Below are positions 37,570 to 46,862 of a stretch of DNA of 64,000 nt, piece after piece. Within the stretch, counting starts at the first letter, position 1; every line of letters starts with the position of its first letter. The DNA comes from a virus. The position numbers and the translations under genes are program-made. The stretch lies in IMG/VR virus record IMGVR_UViG_3300027792_000010; one strand, 5' to 3'. The notes below the pieces were generated by a model, which was given only the letters and a program-made list of their open reading frames with translations, did no database searches and had not been told where the DNA came from.

Positions 37570-39120
37570 ATGGCAATGAGAAAAGAAGGTCATGCTTCTA
37601 TAGCGGAGCTTGCCATAGATCCATTCAAATGGGTTGATAAGAAAGCATCTCCTTCGCGTGTAAAAGTAGCTAAGGACATAGTTGCTCAATACGATCCTGG
37701 TAAATGGCTTTTGAGTCACGCTACTATTATTGCTTCAGTGGATGTAGATATAGCGGACCAAAGTAATACAAAAGGTAACTATTGGATTAAGCCAGAGTAC
37801 TCTATGTTTGTGAATAATAATGGAGATTCTTGGGAAAGAGAACTTCTTAAGAAATGTTACCAGACATTTGTAGGCTCTGATAATTATGTAGAGCATGTCC
37901 AGATACCAGAATTATCTAAAGGAAAAATTGTTGATGTAGCTCTAAGGGAGATACCTTTTATGAAGGGTCCTGAGGGACACGACCTCACAACTCTTTACGT
38001 AGATATCTTAATTGCTACAAACAAAAAGCATACAGACTTAATCGATAAAATTAAGTCAGGTGATTATAACGCCATGAGTATGGGCTGTTTGATAGAATAC
38101 TCCCAGTGCTCACAGTGTGGTAAAATTGCTAAAGATGAGTCAGAATCTTGTGATCACGTTAGATACTTTAAGAAGAACTATTTCTATGATCCTAATGGTA
38201 CAAAAAGAATCATCGCTGAGTTATGCGGTAGAGCAGAAGATCCAGGAAGCTGCAAATTCATAGAAGCAAGCTGGGTAAAGAAACCAGCTTTTGAAGGTGC
38301 TGTTCTTAGGAATATTGTAGAACCATCAGCAGGTTTTGACAGCAAATTCCAAATAGCTTTAGGTATGCCCTCTTATGTAGCTAAGCCTGGAGATATTCTA
38401 AGGGCTGCTTCAGACGCTGCTGCTAAGCTTGTTAATGAAATTGAAGGTCAAGATGAGAAGGAAGATAAAGCACCAGCTGATGATGCAGGTTTTCCAGAGG
38501 CCCCTGCAGAAAAAGATACTCCAGTAGAAGAAGATACTGGAGAAGGTGTGCCTCTTGGAGATTTAGCGGGTGCCCCTGCTGATGCTGCTCCTTCAGAAGA
38601 GCAGCCTGAAGTACCAGTACCAGAGGGCGATGCTTCTGTAAAAGAGGTTAAAGATTTGCTAAAGAGGCAGATACTTAATGAGATCAGAGATGAATTGTAT
38701 AAAAAGAGTCCTGGAGGCAAGGCAGAACCTGAGGATAGACCTATAGGGTTAGAGAATGATACTAACGACTCTTTAGTTAAAGAAGCTTCTTATAAGAGAA
38801 TCGTAAAAGCTGCTAAGGAAACAGGTAATGATAGATTAGTTAATGGTCTACTTATATTGTCTAATCTTAAAGAGTGGGATAGACTTAAGAGATATGGGTA
38901 TACTAAGAGTGATGTAATAGGTATGCTTCACTTCGTAGATAAAATAGCATCATCTATACCACTTAGTAGGGATATTGTAGAGTCTCTATCTGTAACAAAA
39001 GATAGTTCAGATTTAAAATCTTTTTTTACAGAGATTATAATAGAGACTGGAAGAAAGCTTAGTAGTACAGAAGCACGTAAACTTGCTAGTTGGAAACAAA
39101 TAATAGATAAGGTAAAATAG
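37570..39120 (+). CDS. Prohead (capsid maturation) protease
   Basis: YVEH...KGKIVD, AMSMGC, FIEASWVKKPAFEGA match HK97-like prohead protease motifs; Zn-ribbon insert; precedes scaffold and capsid. Confidence 0.75.
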   Translation: MAMRKEGHASIAELAIDPFKWVDKKASPSRVKVAKDIVAQYDPGKWLLSHATIIASVDVDIADQSNTKGNYWIKPEYSMFVNNNGDSWERELLKKCYQTFVGSDNYVEHVQIPELSKGKIVDVALREIPFMKGPEGHDLTTLYVDILIATNKKHTDLIDKIKSGDYNAMSMGCLIEYSQCSQCGKIAKDESESCDHVRYFKKNYFYDPNGTKRIIAELCGRAEDPGSCKFIEASWVKKPAFEGAVLRNIVEPSAGFDSKFQIALGMPSYVAKPGDILRAASDAAAKLVNEIEGQDEKEDKAPADDAGFPEAPAEKDTPVEEDTGEGVPLGDLAGAPADAAPSEEQPEVPVPEGDASVKEVKDLLKRQILNEIRDELYKKSPGGKAEPEDRPIGLENDTNDSLVKEASYKRIVKAAKETGNDRLVNGLLILSNLKEWDRLKRYGYTKSDVIGMLHFVDKIASSIPLSRDIVESLSVTKDSSDLKSFFTEIIIETGRKLSSTEARKLASWKQIIDKVK

Positions 39121-39129
39121 TGATTTATA

Positions 39130-39143
39130 ATAATCTATTAATA
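39130..39143 (+). promoter_or_regulatory. Class II (putative late) promoter
   Basis: ATAATCTATTAATA upstream of the scaffold/decoration/capsid genes. Confidence 0.7.
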
Positions 39144-39211
39144 TCACTAAAATAGTGAGTTTGAATATAGAATTTTTCTCTATATCGTATTGTTAAATAG
39201 GAGGATATCAG

Positions 39212-40240
39212 ATGGCTAGAGAACGCTTAACACAAAAGACTGCTGAAACACTTCTTTCAAAACCGGGGACTTCCGTTGAGGAGAAGGATTCAGGAATACC
39301 ACACGATGTGTACACAATGAACAATCCTGAACATGAGAAGAATGATCCTAGTAAGGATGAGTATGTCATCGGAGATCCTTCAAAGTTTGGTGAAGATGTA
39401 AACAAGGATAATCTTTGGAAGAAAGACGATGCTTCTCGTGATCCTAAAACTAATCACCCTTCTAAAGGTGAGATTGCTAAGTCTGCTGCAGAAGCAGTAA
39501 AGCAAGCTAAACAACTCGAAGAGAAAGCTGTGAAGTGTATTATTGCTTCTCAGAGAATTCTTCCTGGAGCATCTGATGCTATTGTTGAGGAACAGGCTAC
39601 TGATTTAATGTATCTCCCTCTCCAAGCGGTAAATGCAATGCTTACCCGTCAGGAAAAGCTTGCTATGATGATAGGTGAGGCTGCTGACGCTGCTGCTGAT
39701 ACAGCTAAAGAGGAAGATGAGGACAAAGAGGAAGAGGATAAGGAAAAAGAAGATAGTGAAAAAGAGGCCGGAAAGAAAGGTGAGATGCCTGCTGGCTTTG
39801 CTGCTATGATGAAGGCCAAGAAAGAAAAGGCTGAAGGTAAAGAAGAGGGTAAGGCTGACGAGGGTGAAGAGGGTGAATCTAAGGAAGCCAAGAAGGAAGA
39901 AAAGAAAGACCCTATGGAAGAAATGGAAGAGAAGCTTGCTGCTATGACTGCTGAATTTGAGAAAATGAAGGCAGAAAAGGGTAAGAGCAAAGACGAAGAT
40001 ACTAAGGAAACAGAAGAAGCTAAGGAAACCGAAGAAGCTAAGGAAGTTACAGAAGTTGAGGCTGGTGACAGCTTGATCGATGATATCTTCAATAGCGTTA
40101 TGGCTTCTGATGAGAAAAAGGGCGCAAAGACCCTTAAAGGTCTTGTGAAGAAGGAAGCTTCTGAGGGTAATGGCCTCAACGGAGTAAGCCTCTGGGGAGC
40201 ACCTCCTGACATCAGCCAGCACTTTGATACAAGAGCTTAA
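39212..40240 (+). CDS. Capsid scaffolding protein
   Basis: Acidic/charged helical protein between the protease and capsid genes. Confidence 0.65.
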   Translation: MARERLTQKTAETLLSKPGTSVEEKDSGIPHDVYTMNNPEHEKNDPSKDEYVIGDPSKFGEDVNKDNLWKKDDASRDPKTNHPSKGEIAKSAAEAVKQAKQLEEKAVKCIIASQRILPGASDAIVEEQATDLMYLPLQAVNAMLTRQEKLAMMIGEAADAAADTAKEEDEDKEEEDKEKEDSEKEAGKKGEMPAGFAAMMKAKKEKAEGKEEGKADEGEEGESKEAKKEEKKDPMEEMEEKLAAMTAEFEKMKAEKGKSKDEDTKETEEAKETEEAKEVTEVEAGDSLIDDIFNSVMASDEKKGAKTLKGLVKKEASEGNGLNGVSLWGAPPDISQHFDTRA

Positions 40241-40306
40241 ATAAAGAATTCCCGCCTTCGATGTGAAGGATTGGATGTTACACAATACAGTTAATGGAGG
40301 TTTACA

Positions 40307-40885
40307 ATGGCTATCGGAGAAATGAGTGGAATAGTTCAGGATAAAAGTTTTAATATCCTGTACAGAGTGACTCTAAACACTCTTGGTAATCTGACCGCTA
40401 CTGGTCTTACTCAGGACAACACAGGAACTACAGGTAATACTGCTCAGAAGGGAGCTAACACCCGTCTTTCCAGCGACACTCCTAAGGGTATCCTCGGTGG
40501 TTCAGTAGTTGCAGTTGATGCAACAGGTGGAAGTGGGTATATCGTAGCAGCTAGCGGTGCAAACCGTGTAGTGGGTATTGCTGAAAACAATGCAGTTGGT
40601 TATCCTTATGAAAGCTCCAGTGGCGTTGCTTCTGGCAAGCTTCCATACCTCTGCGGTTCTGGTTCCGTATTTGCAACTGATCTCTATGAGACTAGAAATG
40701 CAGCGAACTCTGCGGATATTGCTTATGCAGCTGGTAATGCTCTGTATGCTTCTGCTAACGGTCTCCTGACTAATCAGACACCTACAGCAGCTTCTATCGG
40801 CAGCCCTCTTGACGAGATTGTCGGTATTCTTCTTGTAGCCCCATCTTCAAGCGATCCTTTTATGGTCGTTCAGATGAGGATCTAA
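40307..40885 (+). CDS. Capsid decoration/cement protein
   Basis: Small G/A/S/T-rich beta protein (VVGIA..., G..LYA...GLLT, VGIL) directly before the major capsid gene. Confidence 0.6.
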   Translation: MAIGEMSGIVQDKSFNILYRVTLNTLGNLTATGLTQDNTGTTGNTAQKGANTRLSSDTPKGILGGSVVAVDATGGSGYIVAASGANRVVGIAENNAVGYPYESSSGVASGKLPYLCGSGSVFATDLYETRNAANSADIAYAAGNALYASANGLLTNQTPTAASIGSPLDEIVGILLVAPSSSDPFMVVQMRI

Positions 40886-40903
40886 GTAAGAGTAGTTTTT
40901 TTC

Positions 40904-40929
40904 AAGGGGCCTAAATACTTAGGCCCCTT
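40904..40929. other. Perfect 11-bp hairpin in the major capsid leader
   Basis: AAGGGGCCTAA-ATAC-TTAGGCCCCTT, no U-tract on either strand. Confidence 0.7.
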
Positions 40930-41080
40930 ATCAGATAAGATGAATATTTGTGTAGGATGACTAAAATACAGTAACTGAAAAGTATAGCTGAGTAGAGTCT
41001 CCTTACAAAATTCAATATAGGTCGCATCTAGCATCTGCTAGAATAGCGTAAGTTTTAAAGTCCTTTTTAGGAGGTTTTTC

Positions 41081-41962
41081 ATGGAACAGCAGATTACTAA
41101 TGAACTAAAACAGCAGATCATTGGTGAGTACATCAAGACCGCTGGCGGTCGTGCAAAGCTTGCCGCTTCGATGGTTCAGCCTTTACGTCTTCGTAGAGAC
41201 TATACTTCCGTAGCGCGTAAGGCTTTCTTGGTAGAACAACTCCCTGATGGTGCTCTCCCGATTTATGACAAAGATCCTAACGTTACAGCCTTTGTGGTTG
41301 GAGAAGAGGGTGAGAATATTCTTGCCATCACTCGTCCACGTAGGGTGATTTTTCCATTGTTCGAGATCGCATCTAACCCTGAGATCCCTTTGACTCAGAT
41401 TAAAGAAAGACGCTTTGACCTTATCGAGAGAAGTCAGGACCTCGCTAAAGCTCAGATTCAGGCTGCTGAGGATGGTCGTGCCTTTGATGTTATGGATGCA
41501 GTTGCAAGTAACGGTTTCGATAATCTCGGTGCCGCTTATGTGAATGCTCCTGTTAATGCTATGGCTCCTCTTACACCTTCTGACCTAATCGATGCATTCG
41601 CACGTATTGAGACTCACGACCTTCGCGTAGCAAGAGTGTTTTGTAATGCTATTGATTTCGCGGATATTCGTAAATGGGGACGGGACGTTCTGGACATCGA
41701 GACACAAGCAACATTGCTCAAAACAGGTTTGATGGCTACTGTTTGGGGTGCTCAGATCATCGTTACTCGTAAAGTAGCCCCAGGTTACATTTACGTTTGC
41801 GCAGATCCAGAGTTCTTCGGACGTATGCCTGTCAGAACTGAACTTACGGTATTGAGTGCAGACGATCCTAAGGCTCGTAGGATTGGGTTTAGTGTGTTCG
41901 AAAATTTAGGGATAGGCGCACATAATCCTTTAGCTATTACAAGAGTTAGAATCGCTCGATAA
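41081..41962 (+). CDS. Major capsid protein (HK97 fold)
   Basis: 293 aa with VGEEGE, FEIASNPEI, AEDGRAF and G.VWGAQIIVT..V.PG.IYV pattern; strong ribosome-binding site; followed by a terminator. Confidence 0.85.
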   Translation: MEQQITNELKQQIIGEYIKTAGGRAKLAASMVQPLRLRRDYTSVARKAFLVEQLPDGALPIYDKDPNVTAFVVGEEGENILAITRPRRVIFPLFEIASNPEIPLTQIKERRFDLIERSQDLAKAQIQAAEDGRAFDVMDAVASNGFDNLGAAYVNAPVNAMAPLTPSDLIDAFARIETHDLRVARVFCNAIDFADIRKWGRDVLDIETQATLLKTGLMATVWGAQIIVTRKVAPGYIYVCADPEFFGRMPVRTELTVLSADDPKARRIGFSVFENLGIGAHNPLAITRVRIAR

Positions 41963-41985
41963 TTAAGTAGTACTTGTTTTTTAAT

Positions 41986-42014
41986 AAAAAAGGGAGATTT
42001 TTTCTCCCTTTTTT
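41986..42014 (+). terminator. Bidirectional intrinsic terminator after the capsid gene
   Basis: AAAAA-AGGGAGA-TTTTT-TCTCCCT-TTTTT. Confidence 0.85.
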
Positions 42015-42023
42015 ATTTTTTAC

Positions 42024-42052
42024 TTGATAATGACCCGAATACACGGTATATT
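42024..42052 (+). promoter_or_regulatory. Class I-like promoter TTGATA-N17-TATATT
   Basis: 17-nt spacer; upstream of the 42071 gene, which has an AGAGG site. Confidence 0.6.
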
Positions 42053-42070
42053 ATACTTAGAGGTGTTACT

Positions 42071-43969
42071 ATGTATTCAGAACGTATTAAAGAAATACAA
42101 AAAAAAATTAGTATCGGCGTGACTTATACTGAGTTGTGCAAGAGCTATCCTATAACTAAAGCTCTTTACAGAAAACTTGGCGGGTCCTTTGTAAGACCTG
42201 TAAATACTAACAATGATATATTATCTTATATTGTAGATCCAAATTACAATATACTGAATAAAAATAATATTAGTAATATTGATCACGATGCTATTTTAGG
42301 GACTTTATTAGGGGATGCTAATATATATAAGATAACAGGTATTTACGACGATACCTATACATATTCTTTAGCGCATACATATGCTCAGATTGAGTATATA
42401 AAATTTCTTTATGAGTTATATAAACCATACACTAATAGGCTGCAGCTTAGAGAACCTTCAGATAATGATGGATTTAAGGATTACTGGATTTGTATTATAC
42501 TAAAATCAGACATTTTTTTTAAAACTTATTATGATATGTTTTATTCATATGATGCGGGCTTAAATAATAAGCAGAAATATGTTTTTACAGATAAGATAGC
42601 GGAGGGTGTTAATTGGAAGAGTTTATCGTTTTGGGTTATGGATGATGGTAATAAGTCTGGAAGCGGTAAGGGTGTATTTGAAATATCTATAGGAAAAAAA
42701 CCATATTATGAATTTAATGAAGTAAAAAGGTTTACAGAGATAGTATCCAATAACCTGAATTTCAAATTAAAAGCTACAGAAGAGAAGTCCTGTTACACTA
42801 TTAAAAATGATATGCATAATAGCAGTGAGGCTATATCTCAACTGTCTAAATATTTGTTACCCCATTTTCATTATAAATTAGGTGTTTTACCGGATGATTG
42901 TTATTATAACTATAGACACGCTAAATGGTTTAAAGACTGGGAGAAGAGCAAGCATAATATACAACATCCATTTTTGATAGATAGGACAGTGACGGATTAT
43001 AGAGAATCAGAAGATCCTATATTTAAAGTAAAATTCGAAAATGCTTTAAAAGTAAGAACTATAATAAGGGGTTTTCCTTTTTACGACCTATCAGAAGAGG
43101 AGAAGAGATACCACTGGGGTAATATAACCCGATATGAAGCTAAATTGGTAGATAAAAAGATTAGTGCAAGTCCTAAAGCTAATACTTTTCCTAGCTCTTT
43201 TATGAATCATAGATTTTATACGAAAATTGATAATAAACCAAGTCCTTATGAAGCCTTCTATGACCGCAAAAACTTAGAGTTGATTATACAGAAACAGGTA
43301 GATAGTGGGGATAATATAGAAAATAGTAATATAAGAAATGCTATAGGGTATTATAGAAGTCAAGTAGCTGGTCAGTTTAATCCTTGTTTTGCTAAATATT
43401 ATATTAATAAATACTGTGCTGGTGCGAGCGTCTTTGATCCGTGTGCTGGGTGGGGAGGAAGACTATGTGGGGCCGCTAGTTTAAATAAAAGTTATTACGG
43501 AATAGAGCCATATACTAAGACGTATGAGTCTTTGAAGGAGATGGCGGTTTGGATTAAGGGAAATACAGATTGTTTATCAGAAATATGCATATCTAACGGA
43601 GTAGCTGAGGATGATAGCTTTTTTAGTGGTTTGCTTTTTGATATGGCTATTACAAGTCCACCTTATTTCAATAAAGAGAGATATTGCAATGAGGATACAC
43701 AAAGTTATATAAGATACCCGCATTATGAGGATTGGAAAATAAAATTTTTTAAAAAAATGATATTAAATGTTTTTAATAGACTTAAAATCGGTTCTTATTT
43801 TATTCTTAATATAGCTGATGTAAATGATTATTCTTTAGTTTTAGATGCTATACTAATAGCTAAGGAAATAGGGTTTTTAATGGAAGACGTGCATAAAGCC
43901 TCAACTTTTAAATCTGTTACTAATTTCAGTAAGATGAACGAAACTTTTCTTATATTGAAAAAGGATTAA
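42071..43969 (+). CDS. LAGLIDADG endonuclease fused to an amino (N6A/N4C) DNA methyltransferase
   Basis: ILGTLLGDANI and LSFWVMDDG (LAGLIDADG_2 type); C-half FDPCAGWGGR (motif I), YYGIEP, ITSPPY (motif IV); no intein splice motifs. Confidence 0.85.
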   Translation: MYSERIKEIQKKISIGVTYTELCKSYPITKALYRKLGGSFVRPVNTNNDILSYIVDPNYNILNKNNISNIDHDAILGTLLGDANIYKITGIYDDTYTYSLAHTYAQIEYIKFLYELYKPYTNRLQLREPSDNDGFKDYWICIILKSDIFFKTYYDMFYSYDAGLNNKQKYVFTDKIAEGVNWKSLSFWVMDDGNKSGSGKGVFEISIGKKPYYEFNEVKRFTEIVSNNLNFKLKATEEKSCYTIKNDMHNSSEAISQLSKYLLPHFHYKLGVLPDDCYYNYRHAKWFKDWEKSKHNIQHPFLIDRTVTDYRESEDPIFKVKFENALKVRTIIRGFPFYDLSEEEKRYHWGNITRYEAKLVDKKISASPKANTFPSSFMNHRFYTKIDNKPSPYEAFYDRKNLELIIQKQVDSGDNIENSNIRNAIGYYRSQVAGQFNPCFAKYYINKYCAGASVFDPCAGWGGRLCGAASLNKSYYGIEPYTKTYESLKEMAVWIKGNTDCLSEICISNGVAEDDSFFSGLLFDMAITSPPYFNKERYCNEDTQSYIRYPHYEDWKIKFFKKMILNVFNRLKIGSYFILNIADVNDYSLVLDAILIAKEIGFLMEDVHKASTFKSVTNFSKMNETFLILKKD

Positions 43970-43973
43970 TAAG

Positions 43974-44804
43974 ATGGATGACTTAATTTGTAAAATATGT
44001 TTATTAGTAAGTGGTAAAGATTTGTCTAAACATATTAAAGAAGTACATAAAATGAGATTGAAAGAATATAAAGATATATATGGAGAGTATTTTAGTAAGT
44101 ACATTAGTGAAAAGAGAAAACAAACATGTTTGTTAAAGTACGGAAATGAAAACTATAAAAATGAAGAAGCACGAAAGTTATCTTTTGAGCTATATGAGGG
44201 AGGGCATCCTTTAAGAGATCCTTCTGTTAGAAGAAAAGCAGAAGAAACTAGTTTAAATTTATATGGGGAGGCTCACTACACAAATAGAGAAAAGGCTAAG
44301 CAAACAAATAAAGAAAGATATGGAGTTGAATATACATGTGCTGCACCAAAAGTGATTGAAAAAAGGATTAGGACTTTAATAGATAAGTATGGTAAAGTTT
44401 TTAATATTTCTGATCCTCACAATAAAATAGAGTCACCCGATGATTTTATAACTCGCTATAATAGTGGTGAAACTATTTCTAAACTAAGTTCTATGTATGG
44501 CGTATCAGAACCTACAGTATGTAGGTGGATTTCTGAGTTAAACTTAAAGAGGAGTGCGGTACTAAAGGGAGAAAGAGAGGAGATTTCTCCTGTACTCTTG
44601 GTTATTAGTTATTTCAAAACTTGTGCAGAGTTATGTAGGATACTTTCTTTTTACGAATATGGGAAAATTAAAGGATCTAAATATACTATTAAATTAAAAA
44701 GATTATTTAACTCAGGTAAAAAATTTAGCCACCTCAAGCAGGAATTATTTGATGTAGCATTAAAGGCTGAGTTACAAAAATTATTTTTAGATAAGCTACT
44801 TTAA
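43974..44804 (+). CDS. Zn-finger / KYG-repeat / HTH DNA-binding protein (homing-endonuclease-type binding modules, no evident nuclease)
   Basis: CKIC...HIKEVH, repeated K..T...KYG units, ISKLSSMYGVSEPTVCRW HTH. Confidence 0.6.
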   Translation: MDDLICKICLLVSGKDLSKHIKEVHKMRLKEYKDIYGEYFSKYISEKRKQTCLLKYGNENYKNEEARKLSFELYEGGHPLRDPSVRRKAEETSLNLYGEAHYTNREKAKQTNKERYGVEYTCAAPKVIEKRIRTLIDKYGKVFNISDPHNKIESPDDFITRYNSGETISKLSSMYGVSEPTVCRWISELNLKRSAVLKGEREEISPVLLVISYFKTCAELCRILSFYEYGKIKGSKYTIKLKRLFNSGKKFSHLKQELFDVALKAELQKLFLDKLL

Positions 44805-44828
44805 ACTCATTGTTCCAAATAGTATATT
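44800..44828 (+). promoter_or_regulatory. Class I promoter TTTAAA-N17-TATATT
   Basis: Exact motif upstream of 44880. Confidence 0.7.
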
Positions 44829-44879
44829 ATTTTGTTGAGTAATTTTTTATATCCATATTCATATTAAAAAGGAGTTTTT

Positions 44880-45170
44880 ATGCCTACAGAAAAGAAGCCT
44901 CTATCAAAAACGGCACGTATCCAGTTGGTACGTGAGGCAAAGAAATTGGTTGGTACCATGAATAAGACAAATATGGCGGAAGCCATTCGTGCGCTTAAAG
45001 CTGATGTTACTAGGGTAGACGCTCGCTCCATCGTGGATGAGGCTGTTACTGCGGTTAAGGCAAAGACTGTTGCTAAACCAAAGACTGTTGTGGAACCAAA
45101 GACTACTGCTAAACCAAAGACCGTTGCTAAACCAAAGACCGTTGCTAAACCAAAGACCGCTAAGAAATAA
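44880..45170 (+). CDS. Histone H1/Hc2-like basic DNA-binding protein
   Basis: K-rich tail of PKT(V/T)AK hexapeptides. Confidence 0.65.
   Translation: MPTEKKPLSKTARIQLVREAKKLVGTMNKTNMAEAIRALKADVTRVDARSIVDEAVTAVKAKTVAKPKTVVEPKTTAKPKTVAKPKTVAKPKTAKK
45060..45167 (+). repeat. 18-nt tandem repeat (about 6 units) encoding PKTVAK
   Basis: CCAAAGAC(T/C)GTTGCTAAA repeated. Confidence 0.85.
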
Positions 45171-45178
45171 TCAGTTCC

Positions 45179-45192
45179 ATAATCTTTTGATA
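45179..45192 (+). promoter_or_regulatory. Class II promoter variant (1 mismatch)
   Basis: ATAATCTTTTGATA upstream of 45242. Confidence 0.5.
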
Positions 45193-45241
45193 AAGGATGG
45201 TATGTATACTCTTACCATCCTTTATTATTTTAGGGGGAAAT

Positions 45242-45445
45242 ATGGCAGCTGTAAAATATGAGTGTGCTACTTGTAAGAGCGACCCTATTAAGAAAGAAGA
45301 TAACTTTGTTTCAATAGGCAAAGATTCAAAAGGCGCAAATATACAAGGTATAAGAAATATAGTAGATTGTAATAATGTAAGATTCTATAATAATCAAGTT
45401 ATGTGTAGAACATGTAATGCTATTGTCTATGAGGATATCAAATAA
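45242..45445 (+). CDS. Small Zn-ribbon protein
   Basis: CATC...CRTC; ATG 45242 behind GGGGG. Confidence 0.6.
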   Translation: MAAVKYECATCKSDPIKKEDNFVSIGKDSKGANIQGIRNIVDCNNVRFYNNQVMCRTCNAIVYEDIK

Positions 45446-45455
45446 TCTTTTAATA
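45442..45455 (+). promoter_or_regulatory. Class II (putative late) promoter
   Basis: ATAATCTTTTAATA upstream of 45496. Confidence 0.7.
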
Positions 45456-45495
45456 TAAACACATAATAATTAAGGATATTTTCATAAGGTGAACT

Positions 45496-46527
45496 ATGTC
45501 CAAACTTATTAGCTGTTATATTAGAAAATTAGCAAATGAACTCCAAGGTAAAACCTGGTCTGATAGGATCAAGGAAGAGTTTGACATTCATATAGACTCA
45601 GATACGAAAGTAGAGTATCTGATTAATCTGTATAATGACCTAAGCAAAATCCCCGCTAAGATTATAAAAGACTGTAAGATAAAGATTCTAAAGTTTGAAG
45701 ATTTAGGACCGTCAAAAGAGTATTACCCTAATCATGGGGTGTATACTAGTGATGGTACCCTAATACTGAACTATAGAATGTTTGATGATCCTGAGTTATT
45801 TGAGGACGGTTCTGGTAAGTCTATGAGTAGATTTACCCATACGCTATACCACGAGTTAGGTCACGGGTTTGATATGTTAGAGGGAGAAGAGTTCTCTCTT
45901 AAACCTAAATGGATTGAATTATCTGGGTGGTCAGAAGACCCTAAACCAGGACTTAAAAGAATTATTATTAGAGAGCAGGGATGCCCTGAAATAAGGGGGG
46001 AGTGGTTTTACGATCCTAATTCAGTGTTCTCACGTTTTTATGGTAAAAGGAATCCTTGGGATGACTACGCGGATACGTTTAGTTTTTACGTAGGCGGGTT
46101 GAAAGGTATAATATCAGATAGCAAAATTAAGTATTTTGATGATGTACTAAAAAAGTATTATACCCAAAAGTTAGCTATTGTTATACCTCCCCCAAAAGAT
46201 GAAGAAACAAGAAAAGCCTTAGAGAGATATATGTCTGATAAGACCATAGATGAGTATAGAAAATATCTTCATACTTATTTAGATAAAGATGAGGAGTTAC
46301 TTTCCTCGAAAGGATATGATATAGTAGATCTTACAAGAAATAAATTGATGAAGCAAGAAGAAAAAGTAAAGATGATGAGAGATGAGTTGAGTAAAGCATT
46401 AAGTCAGCACCCAACAAGAATGATTAAAAAAGCCTCAGAAGAGATATTAAAGGTATGTCATAATTTATTAGGTATAGGTAAAGTCCGAGAATCTGAATAT
46501 CTAATGTATCTAATAAATGAAAGATAA
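45496..46527 (+). CDS. Zincin metallopeptidase-like protein (anthrax lethal factor-like) with C-terminal extension
   Basis: LYHELGHGFD (HExxH) and FYGKRNPWDDYADTF, which resembles YG.TN..E.FAE.F. Confidence 0.65.
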   Translation: MSKLISCYIRKLANELQGKTWSDRIKEEFDIHIDSDTKVEYLINLYNDLSKIPAKIIKDCKIKILKFEDLGPSKEYYPNHGVYTSDGTLILNYRMFDDPELFEDGSGKSMSRFTHTLYHELGHGFDMLEGEEFSLKPKWIELSGWSEDPKPGLKRIIIREQGCPEIRGEWFYDPNSVFSRFYGKRNPWDDYADTFSFYVGGLKGIISDSKIKYFDDVLKKYYTQKLAIVIPPPKDEETRKALERYMSDKTIDEYRKYLHTYLDKDEELLSSKGYDIVDLTRNKLMKQEEKVKMMRDELSKALSQHPTRMIKKASEEILKVCHNLLGIGKVRESEYLMYLINER

Positions 46528-46546
46528 AGACTAACAGGAGGGTAGT

Positions 46547-46858
46547 ATGTGGGGCATGTTTAAGGGACCGGATGGGAAAATTAGTATGATGCGTGCATCC
46601 ACTTTCATAGTCGTTATATCTATTATGGGAGTTTTTGTAGCCCATAATATTGTGGCTATGGTAGCGGGTGCCGCCTTTGTCTCAATAGGTTTCTCAGAAG
46701 CAGGTTTAATTGCTGCTGCTATAGGAGTAAAAGCTTATCAGTCTTCAATAGAAAATAAAGATGGTAAAGCAGCCGCAGATTTAAGTGCAGGCTCAGATAT
46801 ATCAGAGACAGCTTTAATGGTACCTGAGGAAGATGTATCTAAAGTGAATAAGAGGTAA
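46547..46858 (+). CDS. Two-TM holin-like membrane protein
   Basis: GKISMMR...TM...TM...GVKAYQSSIE, then an acidic tail. Confidence 0.5.
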   Translation: MWGMFKGPDGKISMMRASTFIVVISIMGVFVAHNIVAMVAGAAFVSIGFSEAGLIAAAIGVKAYQSSIENKDGKAAADLSAGSDISETALMVPEEDVSKVNKR

Positions 46859-46862
46859 AATT

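Noticed and set aside
41081-41962. Encapsulin rather than phage capsid
   Set aside because: The same HK97 fold would fit, but the terminase-portal-protease-scaffold context indicates a virion capsid.
42071-43969. A fourth intein explaining the LAGLIDADG domain in the methyltransferase
   Set aside because: No Cys/Ser block A, no His-Asn block G, and the nuclease is N-terminal with no upstream extein.
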